DNA of 40,011 nucleotides from NCBI GenBank assembly GCA_049697135.1, contig JBAVVE010000061.1:1-40011 (forward strand). The letters run 5' to 3'. The DNA comes from Candidatus Bathyarchaeia archaeon. GTDB lineage: Archaea; Thermoproteota; Bathyarchaeia; 40CM-2-53-6. A program made the position numbers and the translations under genes. The notes beneath the pieces are model-generated. The model was not told where the DNA came from, ran no database searches, and saw only the letters and a list, made by a program, of their open reading frames with translations. This document shows, piece by piece, positions 24,488-31,650 of the stretch; the stretch's first letter is position 1; each line of letters starts with the position of its first letter.

Positions 24488-25732
24488 ATGAATCGAACCA
24501 ACACGATTCTACTTACGCCAACCCATGAACAAGAGCAGCAGCTCCGCAGCCTCGCGGAAGCATCAGCGCGACTATGGAACATGGCAAACTATGAGCGACG
24601 ACAAGCCCTCTTCAAAAGCCAGCGAAACCTCACCTACGCGCAACAATGCAAACGCCTCAAAGACGCGGACGCATTCAAGCAGCTCGGCACATGCAAAGCC
24701 CAAGCCGTCCTCATGAAACTACGAGAAGCATGGGGAAGCTACCATACATTGAAGAGGCTGCAAAGGAACGGCCAACTGCCACCCCACATTAAGCGCGTTT
24801 CTCCACCACGCTACATGAAAGACCGCCAGACGCGAAGGCTTACGGCAAACACAATCTATGTCCGCAACGACGGATACAGGCAAGAGGACGATACGCTGAT
24901 CCTCTCGAAGAGCCTCGGTGTTCCCTTCAAGGCAGGCGACCTCTGGCTTGGAAAGCAAGGTAGACTTGAACTCCACTACGACTCGCTACGCAAGAGATGG
25001 TGCGGTCATATTCCAGTGAAGGTTAAGTGGCCCCGTAAGGGTAAACCACATCATTCGACGCGGAAACGTGCGTCCATCGACCTTGGAATATGCAACCTAG
25101 CCACATGCGTAATCGAAGATAGCGGCAAAGCCTACGTGTACTCTGGACGCGCCGTATTGAGCGACTGGCGGTACTGGACGAAACTTATCGCCGCAGTCGA
25201 AAGCGAACTGAAGAAGACGAATGGGCGGGACAGTTCGAAGCGTCTCAGCAGACTCTATCGGACACGCAGACGACGGCTGGACCATGCAGTGAAAGCGATG
25301 CTTCGAGACCTCTACGAGCAGCTAGAAAACGAGTGCGTCACCGATCTCGTCGTAGGCGACTTGAAGCATATCCGAGACAACGCGAACCACGGCAAAGTCG
25401 GGAACCAGAAGCTGCACAATTTCTGGCCGTTCGCGCAGATCCGCCAACGAATCCATGAACTCAGCGAAGAATCCGGCATACGGGTACGGTTCAAGTCGGA
25501 GCGGGGCACATCGAAACATTGCTCTCTATGTGGAGAGAAGCACAAGAACGGACGAGTGAAACGTGGACTCTACAAATGCGCCAAAACGGGCACGACACTC
25601 AATGCGGATGTGAACGGCGCAACCAACATCCTCTATGGGCGAAAAGTAGCCGCAGTTAGCGGTAGCAGGCCACTGGCATGGCCTATGCTTCTGAAGTGGA
25701 ACTCTCAGAAATGGGAAGTGTCCGCAGCATGA
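24488..25732 (+). CDS. tnpB: TnpB / IS605 OrfB RNA-guided endonuclease family protein
   Basis: 414 aa. The N-terminus is LLTPTHEQEQQLRSLAEASARLWN. RuvC-I is RASIDLGICNLA. LVVGDLKHI follows. The zinc ribbon is TSKHCSLCGEK..YKC. RuvC-III is NADVNGATNIL. Confidence 0.9.
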   Translation: MNRTNTILLTPTHEQEQQLRSLAEASARLWNMANYERRQALFKSQRNLTYAQQCKRLKDADAFKQLGTCKAQAVLMKLREAWGSYHTLKRLQRNGQLPPHIKRVSPPRYMKDRQTRRLTANTIYVRNDGYRQEDDTLILSKSLGVPFKAGDLWLGKQGRLELHYDSLRKRWCGHIPVKVKWPRKGKPHHSTRKRASIDLGICNLATCVIEDSGKAYVYSGRAVLSDWRYWTKLIAAVESELKKTNGRDSSKRLSRLYRTRRRRLDHAVKAMLRDLYEQLENECVTDLVVGDLKHIRDNANHGKVGNQKLHNFWPFAQIRQRIHELSEESGIRVRFKSERGTSKHCSLCGEKHKNGRVKRGLYKCAKTGTTLNADVNGATNILYGRKVAAVSGSRPLAWPMLLKWNSQKWEVSAA

Positions 25733-25772
25733 GAAGCATGAATCTCCCGACTTCAGTTGCGGAGAGTGTCAA
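25640..25772 (+). ncRNA. putative omega-RNA (reRNA) scaffold of the TnpB element; terminal hairpin is repeat copy 2 (25740-25772)
   Basis: By analogy with TnpB systems, the guide RNA overlaps the tnpB 3' end and stops at the right end. GAATCTCCCGACTTCAGTTGCGGAGAGTGTCAA folds as UCUCC(C)GAC-uuca-GUUG(C)GGAGA. The 5' limit is a guess. Confidence 0.35.
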
Positions 25773-26835
25773 ATTGGAGACCGTTGTTCATAATGTGGTG
25801 GGGGAGCCGCGTTGCCCACATTGCCTTGTGTGGAGTCCGAAGGATGCAGACTACTGTGCGAATTGCGGCTTGAAGTTCGCTCCTGCGCCTGTGAGGGATG
25901 CAGCTTGGTTTGCGGCTGTGAGAACGAACACTCGACATTTCTATGATTCTCTTCATTTGCCACCGCTTAGTCTTCTGATGCAGGTGCCAGAAGGCGATGA
26001 TGAGATCGCCACTGACCAGAGAATATTGCTTTGTGTCGGCGAGGCTGCCAGTGGGAAAACCGCGAAGACCAACCGAATCATCCGTTATCTCGTACAGGTC
26101 TATGGTGCGGAGAATGTGGCTGTGCTCAGCGCGAACGGTGAAGAGTTCCGTCAAATCATGGCGGGTCCGTGGCCTCACTGCCTCGTGATCGTTATCAGAA
26201 TGGAGGATGCTACGGAAGTCAAGTTCACGCATGAGGAGATTCGTGATTTCTTCCGTAGCCGTCACATCATGCACGAACGCACAGGCCAGAGAAACGGCTT
26301 GGTGGTTTTGATGTTCACGGTTCATAACCTGTATGATGTTCAGAAGGAGTTGCGAACGAAGGTTCCTCTGCTGCTTCTGTCGGATGTGCCTACGAATACG
26401 TGGGATCTGCGTGACACACGCACCTATCTGATTCCAGATAAGAAGGATGAGGAGTGTCTCAGACAGCTTAGTTTAGAGCGGTTGGTGGATCGTGATCTGC
26501 GACGGTACTGCTATTTCATCGAATCCGGTCGACCTGTCGGGATCGTGGATCTACCTCGGGTTCCTCCTGCACCTCCACCACAGCGGAAGCCCACTCATCG
26601 GATTTTCCGCCTGTTTCATGGGAAGCCACACACTGAAACTAGAAGCCAGCCGCCTGCAACTCTTACAACTCTTACACCTGTACGTCCACCACTGCGTCCA
26701 GTTGAGAATCCCGCTAGATCGTCCGGAGAGCAGGAAACGCAGCGAAAGAAATGGCATTATGGTTTGCTCGCACTTTTTCTCATAGGCGTAGCTGCATTCG
26801 TTTTGCGCTTGCTGCTCCCGGTGCTGATCCCCTAG
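25678..26835 (+). CDS. zinc-ribbon + P-loop NTPase with a Pro-rich linker and C-terminal TM anchor
   Basis: CPHCLVWSPKDADYCANCG. Walker A-like is VGEAASGKTAKT. The hydrophobic strand before an acidic residue is CLVIVIRMED. The C-terminus is PPAPPPQRKP.. then GLLALFLIGVAAFVLRLLLPVLIP. The real start is probably TTG 25774 or GTG 25795, after the IS end. Confidence 0.6.
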   Translation: MAYASEVELSEMGSVRSMRSMNLPTSVAESVKLETVVHNVVGEPRCPHCLVWSPKDADYCANCGLKFAPAPVRDAAWFAAVRTNTRHFYDSLHLPPLSLLMQVPEGDDEIATDQRILLCVGEAASGKTAKTNRIIRYLVQVYGAENVAVLSANGEEFRQIMAGPWPHCLVIVIRMEDATEVKFTHEEIRDFFRSRHIMHERTGQRNGLVVLMFTVHNLYDVQKELRTKVPLLLLSDVPTNTWDLRDTRTYLIPDKKDEECLRQLSLERLVDRDLRRYCYFIESGRPVGIVDLPRVPPAPPPQRKPTHRIFRLFHGKPHTETRSQPPATLTTLTPVRPPLRPVENPARSSGEQETQRKKWHYGLLALFLIGVAAFVLRLLLPVLIP

Positions 26836-26852
26836 TCGAAGGCTGAGAAGAT

Positions 26853-27143
26853 ATGAAGTGGCCTTGGAGAAGGAAACCCAGAGACGATAAAAGTCGAAGT
26901 ATCACATCGTCACCTTTCGGTAGGCCGATAAAGCCGCTAGTAGGTGTGCCTCCGACTGACTACAATGTCACCGTTTGTGCCTTGAACATTGCTAATCATG
27001 TGGGGCATGAACTCACTCTGACAAACATCGATGGAAGAGTGAGGCTGATCTGTCTAAGCGACAGTCCTTGCAGTGAGCCGGTGAAAGCAGTGTTCAGTCC
27101 AATCAGCAGACGTAAGAAAGTGTCAGGTTCCAGGCAGGCCTAG
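26853..27143 (+). CDS. hypothetical protein
   Basis: 96 aa with ATG behind GGCTGAGAAG. No recognisable motif. Confidence 0.45.
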   Translation: MKWPWRRKPRDDKSRSITSSPFGRPIKPLVGVPPTDYNVTVCALNIANHVGHELTLTNIDGRVRLICLSDSPCSEPVKAVFSPISRRKKVSGSRQA

Positions 27144-27212
27144 CCGCCCGCCTCTGAAACATGATCTAGCCTTGCGTTGAGTTGTGTGAGGCATTTTCTC
27201 TATTGATGGAGA

Positions 27213-27677
27213 ATGGGTAAGAGACAGAAGTCGCCAATGGCTCCGCTGGAAGCCCAGTTTGCGATGGGTACGATGCCGTTTCTCATCATTTTGGCCCTTC
27301 TCACGTTTTGTCTGGCTGCTCTAGTGAACGGTCTCGGTATAAGTGAGCTTCTAACCCGTGTGAGCATTATGGCGATGCTAGTCGGTGGTGTTGGTTTGGC
27401 TTGGTGGCGTATCGCTTTCAAGAGTCCGCAGTGGCGGATGGGTACGCAAGCATCAATGGTTCTGGTCGTGTTAGCTTTCATTTCATTCTTCATTATCGCG
27501 CCGAAAATTGAGGGAATGATACCTTCCTCGCTTCGGTTCCAACTTGTGCCGTTGCTCGCTCTCACCGGACAAACCAGCCAAGTCGCAGGTATGTCCCTCA
27601 GCATCGTCGGAATCGTCGCCTTGCTTCTCGTCGGCCTAATAGTGGCCTTCTTCAAGAGACCGCATCGTAAGTGGTAG
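27213..27677 (+). CDS. integral membrane protein (4 TM)
   Basis: 154 aa. CATTTTCTCTATTGATGG box at 27192-27209. It is clearly hydrophobic, unlike the antisense track ORF 27200-27799. Confidence 0.65.
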   Translation: MGKRQKSPMAPLEAQFAMGTMPFLIILALLTFCLAALVNGLGISELLTRVSIMAMLVGGVGLAWWRIAFKSPQWRMGTQASMVLVVLAFISFFIIAPKIEGMIPSSLRFQLVPLLALTGQTSQVAGMSLSIVGIVALLLVGLIVAFFKRPHRKW

Positions 27678-27687
27678 GAGCGAGCCT

Positions 27688-27762
27688 TTGTCCTCTGACC
27701 GGCGCCGCCTCTACGATGGGGAAAGGGGCGCATCATACTTTCAGGCGTCTCTGGAGCATTAA
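27688..27762 (+). repeat. SSDRRxLYG module, copy B: a 24-codon stub ending in TAA, in frame with the TnpB-like ORF
   Basis: TTG TCC TCT GAC CGG CGC CGC CTC TAC GAT = LSSDRRRLYD. TAA lies at 27760-27762. 27799 minus 27688 is 111, a multiple of 3. Confidence 0.6.
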
Positions 27763-27798
27763 AGGCAGAACCGCATAGGTTCCAGGAGAGGAACAGCA

Positions 27799-29043
27799 TT
27801 GGTGGCAGTTGTCGCGGTTCCCGGCTTCGTTGAAGGCATCAACGATGATGTGGAACAGCTTATGCGTAAGTTTGGGAACTGTCGACGCCGCGCGTACGTG
27901 ATGAAGCAGAAGGGCAGGGATAGGCTGGAGATACTAAAGCAGCTGCACCGCGAAACTGAGCTGCCAGTACGCTACGTCTACACGGCCTACGACACAATCA
28001 AGGCCCTACCCTCACATGTCACATTCGGCGGTCTCAGACTTCAGAGACTCCGAGAAAGCGGCCAGGTCCCCAAAGAGGAGTACCATGCCCGTAGGAACCG
28101 TATGCTTGCTTGCAGAGGCGACCGCAGCCGCGAAGGCAACCTCTGTCTCAGAATCAAAGACAACAAGCTCCGCATCTGCATCGGCCCGCATCAGTGGATT
28201 CATGTGCCGCTCTCAGTTCCTGAGAAGTATCGTAAGCGATACCAAGCACTTCTGGACGGCTCGAAACCCTACACCATCATACTGCGACGACGACTTGATG
28301 GACGTGGCTACGACGCCAAGATCATAATCCCTGTTGAATCGCCCACTACTCCGGAACCGAAACGCGTCATGGCTTTGGACATAAACTCAGGCCACGTGGA
28401 CTTCGCAGTCGCCGAGAAGACAAGCCTGAAGCCTGTAGTGTTTGGCAAAGTGAACTGCTCCGAACTCGTCAACGCTGGACACGGCAAGAAAGAGATCTTA
28501 GCTCAGAAGCTTGTGAACAAGGTTGGAAACATCGCTAAGCATTACGGCGCTGAGGTTGTGGCGGGCAAACTGAGAACTCTTCACTGCAAGGGCCATAGAC
28601 ACTTAAACCGTAAAACTCAAGGCATGAACCAATACCGCATGCGACAGATTCTACGATACAAGCTTCCACTACGCGGCATACGATACCGCGACATGTCCGA
28701 AGCATACACCACACAAGTAGGCAAGAAGCTCTCTAAGCCTCTCGGGGTCGACGTGCATAAGGCAGCCGCGTACGCGTTCTCTGTTAAGGTGATCGACTAT
28801 CCGTCGTTCACATTCCTCCGCAGTGTCCATGCAAATGAAGACGATGGAAGCCTCAGCATGTGGCTAAACGGAGGAAGCGAGCCAACAGCTCCACACCAGG
28901 CCAACCGTAACGGCCTGATGTGCAATGACTCACATGCGCTCGCATGTGAGGAGGCTACGCCCAACCTTCAAGCAACCGATTTTCCAATGCGGCGATTTCA
29001 ATCGTTTGGGTGTCAACTTCGCGCGTCATCATTTTCCTTCTGA
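27799..29043 (+). CDS. TnpB-like protein lacking the zinc ribbon (possibly nuclease-impaired)
   Basis: 414 aa. RuvC-I is VMALDINSGHVDFAV. The ..GAEVVAGKLRTL segment has no acidic residue where the intact copy has VVGDL. SEAYTTQVGKKLSKPLGVDVHKAAAYAF joins the TSQ-like motif directly to a RuvC-III-like motif, with no CxxC pairs. Confidence 0.7.
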   Translation: MVAVVAVPGFVEGINDDVEQLMRKFGNCRRRAYVMKQKGRDRLEILKQLHRETELPVRYVYTAYDTIKALPSHVTFGGLRLQRLRESGQVPKEEYHARRNRMLACRGDRSREGNLCLRIKDNKLRICIGPHQWIHVPLSVPEKYRKRYQALLDGSKPYTIILRRRLDGRGYDAKIIIPVESPTTPEPKRVMALDINSGHVDFAVAEKTSLKPVVFGKVNCSELVNAGHGKKEILAQKLVNKVGNIAKHYGAEVVAGKLRTLHCKGHRHLNRKTQGMNQYRMRQILRYKLPLRGIRYRDMSEAYTTQVGKKLSKPLGVDVHKAAAYAFSVKVIDYPSFTFLRSVHANEDDGSLSMWLNGGSEPTAPHQANRNGLMCNDSHALACEEATPNLQATDFPMRRFQSFGCQLRASSFSF

Positions 29044-29082
29044 GGCTCAGCCTTGTCTTCTGATCGGCGGAATCTCTACGGC
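29027..29082 (+). repeat. SSDRRxLYG module, copy C, with conserved leader
   Basis: CATCATTTTCCTTCTGAGGCTCAGCC TTG TCT TCT GAT CGG CGG AAT CTC TAC GGC. 42 of the first 43 nt are identical to copy E. Confidence 0.75.
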
Positions 29083-31041
29083 AGAGGACAGCGCACTCAC
29101 GCGCGTCTTCGAGAGCCAGTTGGCAAGGCAGCGCTGAGGTTCAAGCAGCCGCGTCGTATGCCCTTCACGTTGAGGAACATCAAGGCTTTGCCTGAACGGC
29201 GACCCGGCGTTTACTACTTCTACGACAAGCATGGAAATCGAATCTACACAGGATCAGCTGCCGAACGCGGAGTCAAGGCCCGACTAGAGGACACATTCTA
29301 CTCGGTGGACGGTAATGAGACAATTCTTGTCAAGCAAAGCATAGAGACGCAAACCAAGATCGCGCGACTTAGAATCAGTGAATTTGTTGATTCATTCTAC
29401 AAAGAGAATGAAGACAATGCCCAACCCATACCCCTCGCTCGTCCAGCATGGTGTCTATCGGCAGCATGGATGTCACCAGGCGCATCAGATCTCTTGCAGC
29501 TAGGCTGGCGTAGAATCCAGGCTGTCTTCAGACACAAACTCGAACCGGGTGAGAAACTTCTACGTTTCTCAACGGGGACAGGTCGTTCAGTTGCTGTTAC
29601 GAAGGGGCACAGTCTGATGATCTTCAAACAAGGGCGAATTGTCTCCTTTCCAGCCAAAGAACTGAAGCGAGAAGACATGCTGATTATCCCGCGTGTTATT
29701 CCCGCACTCACTTCTGTCCCCTCCAAGACATTGCCGTTCACTCTCATCACCGGCAGACAAAAAGTCAAGATCCATCAGAGGAATGTTCCCGTAGATGACA
29801 AGTTGATGCGGTTGCTAGGCTTTTTCGTCTCTGACGGCTCCTACATGTCTAGCGTACAATCAGGACGCTTCCAAGGATTGAACTTTGATTTCGGGCTTCA
29901 AGAAGAACATCTTTTCAACCAACTGAATGAAGCATGTCTGCATCTCTTTGGAGCAGCGCCTAAGAAGAAATATCCCGAAGATAAGAAAGCAATTAGAGGG
30001 ATACTCAACTCTGCTTTCGCACAAGCCTTCTTAGAAGAAGGTCTGCATGTCTCGCGTGGAGCGCATAACAAGTCGGTCCCAGATGTTGTTTGGAACGCGC
30101 CAGCTGACTACCAAAGGATATTCATGCAAGGGCTGTGGGACGGTGATCGCGGAGCGACTGTCAGTCCTCAACTCGCATCCGACATGCTATACTTGACTTC
30201 AATGTCACTTGACTGCTCCGGCTCTATAGACATCCGCCATGAAAAAGCACGCTTTAGAGGTCTGGGTTTTCCATATCGACCCTGCACGATGTATCATCTC
30301 GTTGTGCCACCGCCAAACCGAGCAGAACCCTATAGGCGACGGTTCGAATTGGGTCCGCCTATTATCGAGGTCTTGAAAGTCTTCGATGAGCTAGTCCCAT
30401 TCAGAGGCACGGGACTACACAAGGGACAAGACGATTGGGTGAAGCATTGGCGAAATGGGCCTCGAAGACACGCAACGGAGAGGGACATTAGGAACTTCTG
30501 CATGACGCGTTCGCGCCGTCTGCTCTATGAGCGGCTTTCCGCATTTGGGAATGGCCGTCAGCGATGGTGGACAACGAAGGAACTCACTGGGGCATGGGGA
30601 ATGGCTCGTCGAGAACAAGTATCGGACTATTTGAGAAAGAGCCCAATTTTGGAGACAAACATGCTCCAAGTAAGAGGCAGAGCAACAAAAGAGTATCAAT
30701 TAGACGATAGTACCTGCGACATAATGGAACGAATCCGATTTACAATGAGAGCATGTTCGTCAAACCGTGGAGTGGATTTTGACATCATCGAGAAGATTAC
30801 CGAAGTTGAGCCATCAAGCTCTTACGTGTATGATCTAATTGTTCCAGAAACAGAATGCTTCATTGCAGGCTTTGGGGGGATCCTCGTACACAATTCACGT
30901 GGTGACTATGCCACGATCCCGAAGAAACGTGAACTTCGCAAGAAAATCGCTAAGGTCGACATTCAATGGGGCAAGAACGTCTACGATAACCGCGAGATCG
31001 AACTGAAACAGAAACAAGGGCTTGTTGGAAACACTCGTTAG
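29053..31041 (+). CDS. GIY-YIG nuclease-domain protein interrupted by an intein; carries the SSDRRxLYG N-terminal module
   Basis: The extein has PGVYYFYDKHGNRIYTGSA (GIY..YIG) and, after the intein, ..NREIELKQKQGLVGN (Glu/Asn helix). The exteins are 133 + 48 aa. TTG start. Confidence 0.85.
   Translation: MSSDRRNLYGRGQRTHARLREPVGKAALRFKQPRRMPFTLRNIKALPERRPGVYYFYDKHGNRIYTGSAAERGVKARLEDTFYSVDGNETILVKQSIETQTKIARLRISEFVDSFYKENEDNAQPIPLARPAWCLSAAWMSPGASDLLQLGWRRIQAVFRHKLEPGEKLLRFSTGTGRSVAVTKGHSLMIFKQGRIVSFPAKELKREDMLIIPRVIPALTSVPSKTLPFTLITGRQKVKIHQRNVPVDDKLMRLLGFFVSDGSYMSSVQSGRFQGLNFDFGLQEEHLFNQLNEACLHLFGAAPKKKYPEDKKAIRGILNSAFAQAFLEEGLHVSRGAHNKSVPDVVWNAPADYQRIFMQGLWDGDRGATVSPQLASDMLYLTSMSLDCSGSIDIRHEKARFRGLGFPYRPCTMYHLVVPPPNRAEPYRRRFELGPPIIEVLKVFDELVPFRGTGLHKGQDDWVKHWRNGPRRHATERDIRNFCMTRSRRLLYERLSAFGNGRQRWWTTKELTGAWGMARREQVSDYLRKSPILETNMLQVRGRATKEYQLDDSTCDIMERIRFTMRACSSNRGVDFDIIEKITEVEPSSSYVYDLIVPETECFIAGFGGILVHNSRGDYATIPKKRELRKKIAKVDIQWGKNVYDNREIELKQKQGLVGNTR
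29452..30894 (+). mobile_element. 481-aa intein with a LAGLIDADG homing-endonuclease domain
   Basis: It begins with Cys (AW|CLSAAW; TGT 29452-29454). Block B is VTKGHSL. The LAGLIDADG motifs are LLGFFVSDGSY and FMQGLWDGDRGA. The C-terminus is YVYDLIVPETECFIAGFGGILVHN|S (AAT 30892-30894, +1 Ser). Confidence 0.8.
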
Positions 31042-31077
31042 AGTGCTTACACCTGAAAGAGCCCTACATTTTCTCTA

Positions 31078-31563
31078 GTGAGGAAATCGGTTTTGTCTTC
31101 TGACCGGCGCAGCCTATACGGTGGACGCAAGCGTAGAGGTATGCGGCATGTTGTAGTTGCGGTGCCTCGTCCACGTCCTGGGCAACATCACCTGAAAGGG
31201 ATCGTTGTGGAGGCGCCGCCTGAATTGAGGCGTTTCAAGGAAGCAGGGCTTGACAATCCGAAAACACTGGACCCTGCTAAGTTGAGGGGAGGAGAAACAA
31301 CTGCCTACACCTACCGTGGATACAATCCGAAGAAGTATAACCCAAAGGATCCGGGGCGTACAGGTGTAAGGGACATAAAGACTGTGCCCTCCTCACAGAT
31401 ACGAGAGTTGCAGAAGGAAGTGAGAGGCGACTTAGGTGGTGCCTTGAGTGCAAGCGCGGAATCCAGCCATGAGCCTCGTAGATACGTTCAACGGACCGTC
31501 AAAACGCCTAAAGGGATACGTCACCGCCCGGCGATAAGTGTCCGCAAATTCCTCGAATTATAG
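31078..31563 (+). CDS. basic hypothetical protein carrying the SSDRRxLYG module
   Basis: 161 aa with a GTG 31078 or TTG 31093 start. The ..GGRKRRGMRHVVVAVPRPRPG.. segment resembles the VAVVAVPGF N-terminus of the TnpB-like ORF. Confidence 0.5.
   Translation: MRKSVLSSDRRSLYGGRKRRGMRHVVVAVPRPRPGQHHLKGIVVEAPPELRRFKEAGLDNPKTLDPAKLRGGETTAYTYRGYNPKKYNPKDPGRTGVRDIKTVPSSQIRELQKEVRGDLGGALSASAESSHEPRRYVQRTVKTPKGIRHRPAISVRKFLEL
31093..31122 (+). repeat. SSDRRxLYG module, copy D
   Basis: TTG TCT TCT GAC CGG CGC AGC CTA TAC GGT = LSSDRRSLYG. CATTTTCTCTAGTGAGG box at 31067-31083. Confidence 0.7.
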
Positions 31564-31594
31564 GAATGAATTGTGTGGCTGGCCAATCTCCACA

Positions 31595-31650
31595 CATCAT
31601 TTTCCTTCTGAGGGTCAGCCTTGTCTTCTGATCGGCGCAAGCTCTACGGT
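31595..31650 (+). repeat. SSDRRxLYG module, copy E, with conserved leader
   Basis: CATCATTTTCCTTCTGAGGGTCAGCC TTG TCT TCT GAT CGG CGC AAG CTC TAC GGT. Confidence 0.75.

Larger units (their letters stand above)
24400..25772 (+). mobile_element. tnpB-only IS200/IS605-type element (left boundary approximate)
   Basis: A perfect 8-bp hairpin, CTGAGGGC(24423-24430)/GCCCTCAG(24443-24450), lies upstream of tnpB. The hairpin repeat ending ..GAGAGTGTCAA at 25772 lies downstream. No tnpA is present. Confidence 0.45.

Noticed and set aside
29027-29082. The whole SSDRR module being simply the right end or omega-RNA scaffold of the TnpB-like element
   Set aside because: This is not fully excluded and is kept as the alternative in the finding, but I did not adopt it.
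- Substitutions among copies are codon-patterned.
- The frame stays open into four different gene bodies.
- The conserved upstream part matches a box that also precedes genes unrelated to tnpB.
27688-31650. SSDRRxLYG read as a twin-arginine (Tat) export signal
   Set aside because: The RR pair is followed by a Gly/Arg/Lys-rich hydrophilic stretch, not a hydrophobic h-region or an AxA site. The cargoes (nuclease, TnpB-like, basic small proteins) look cytoplasmic.
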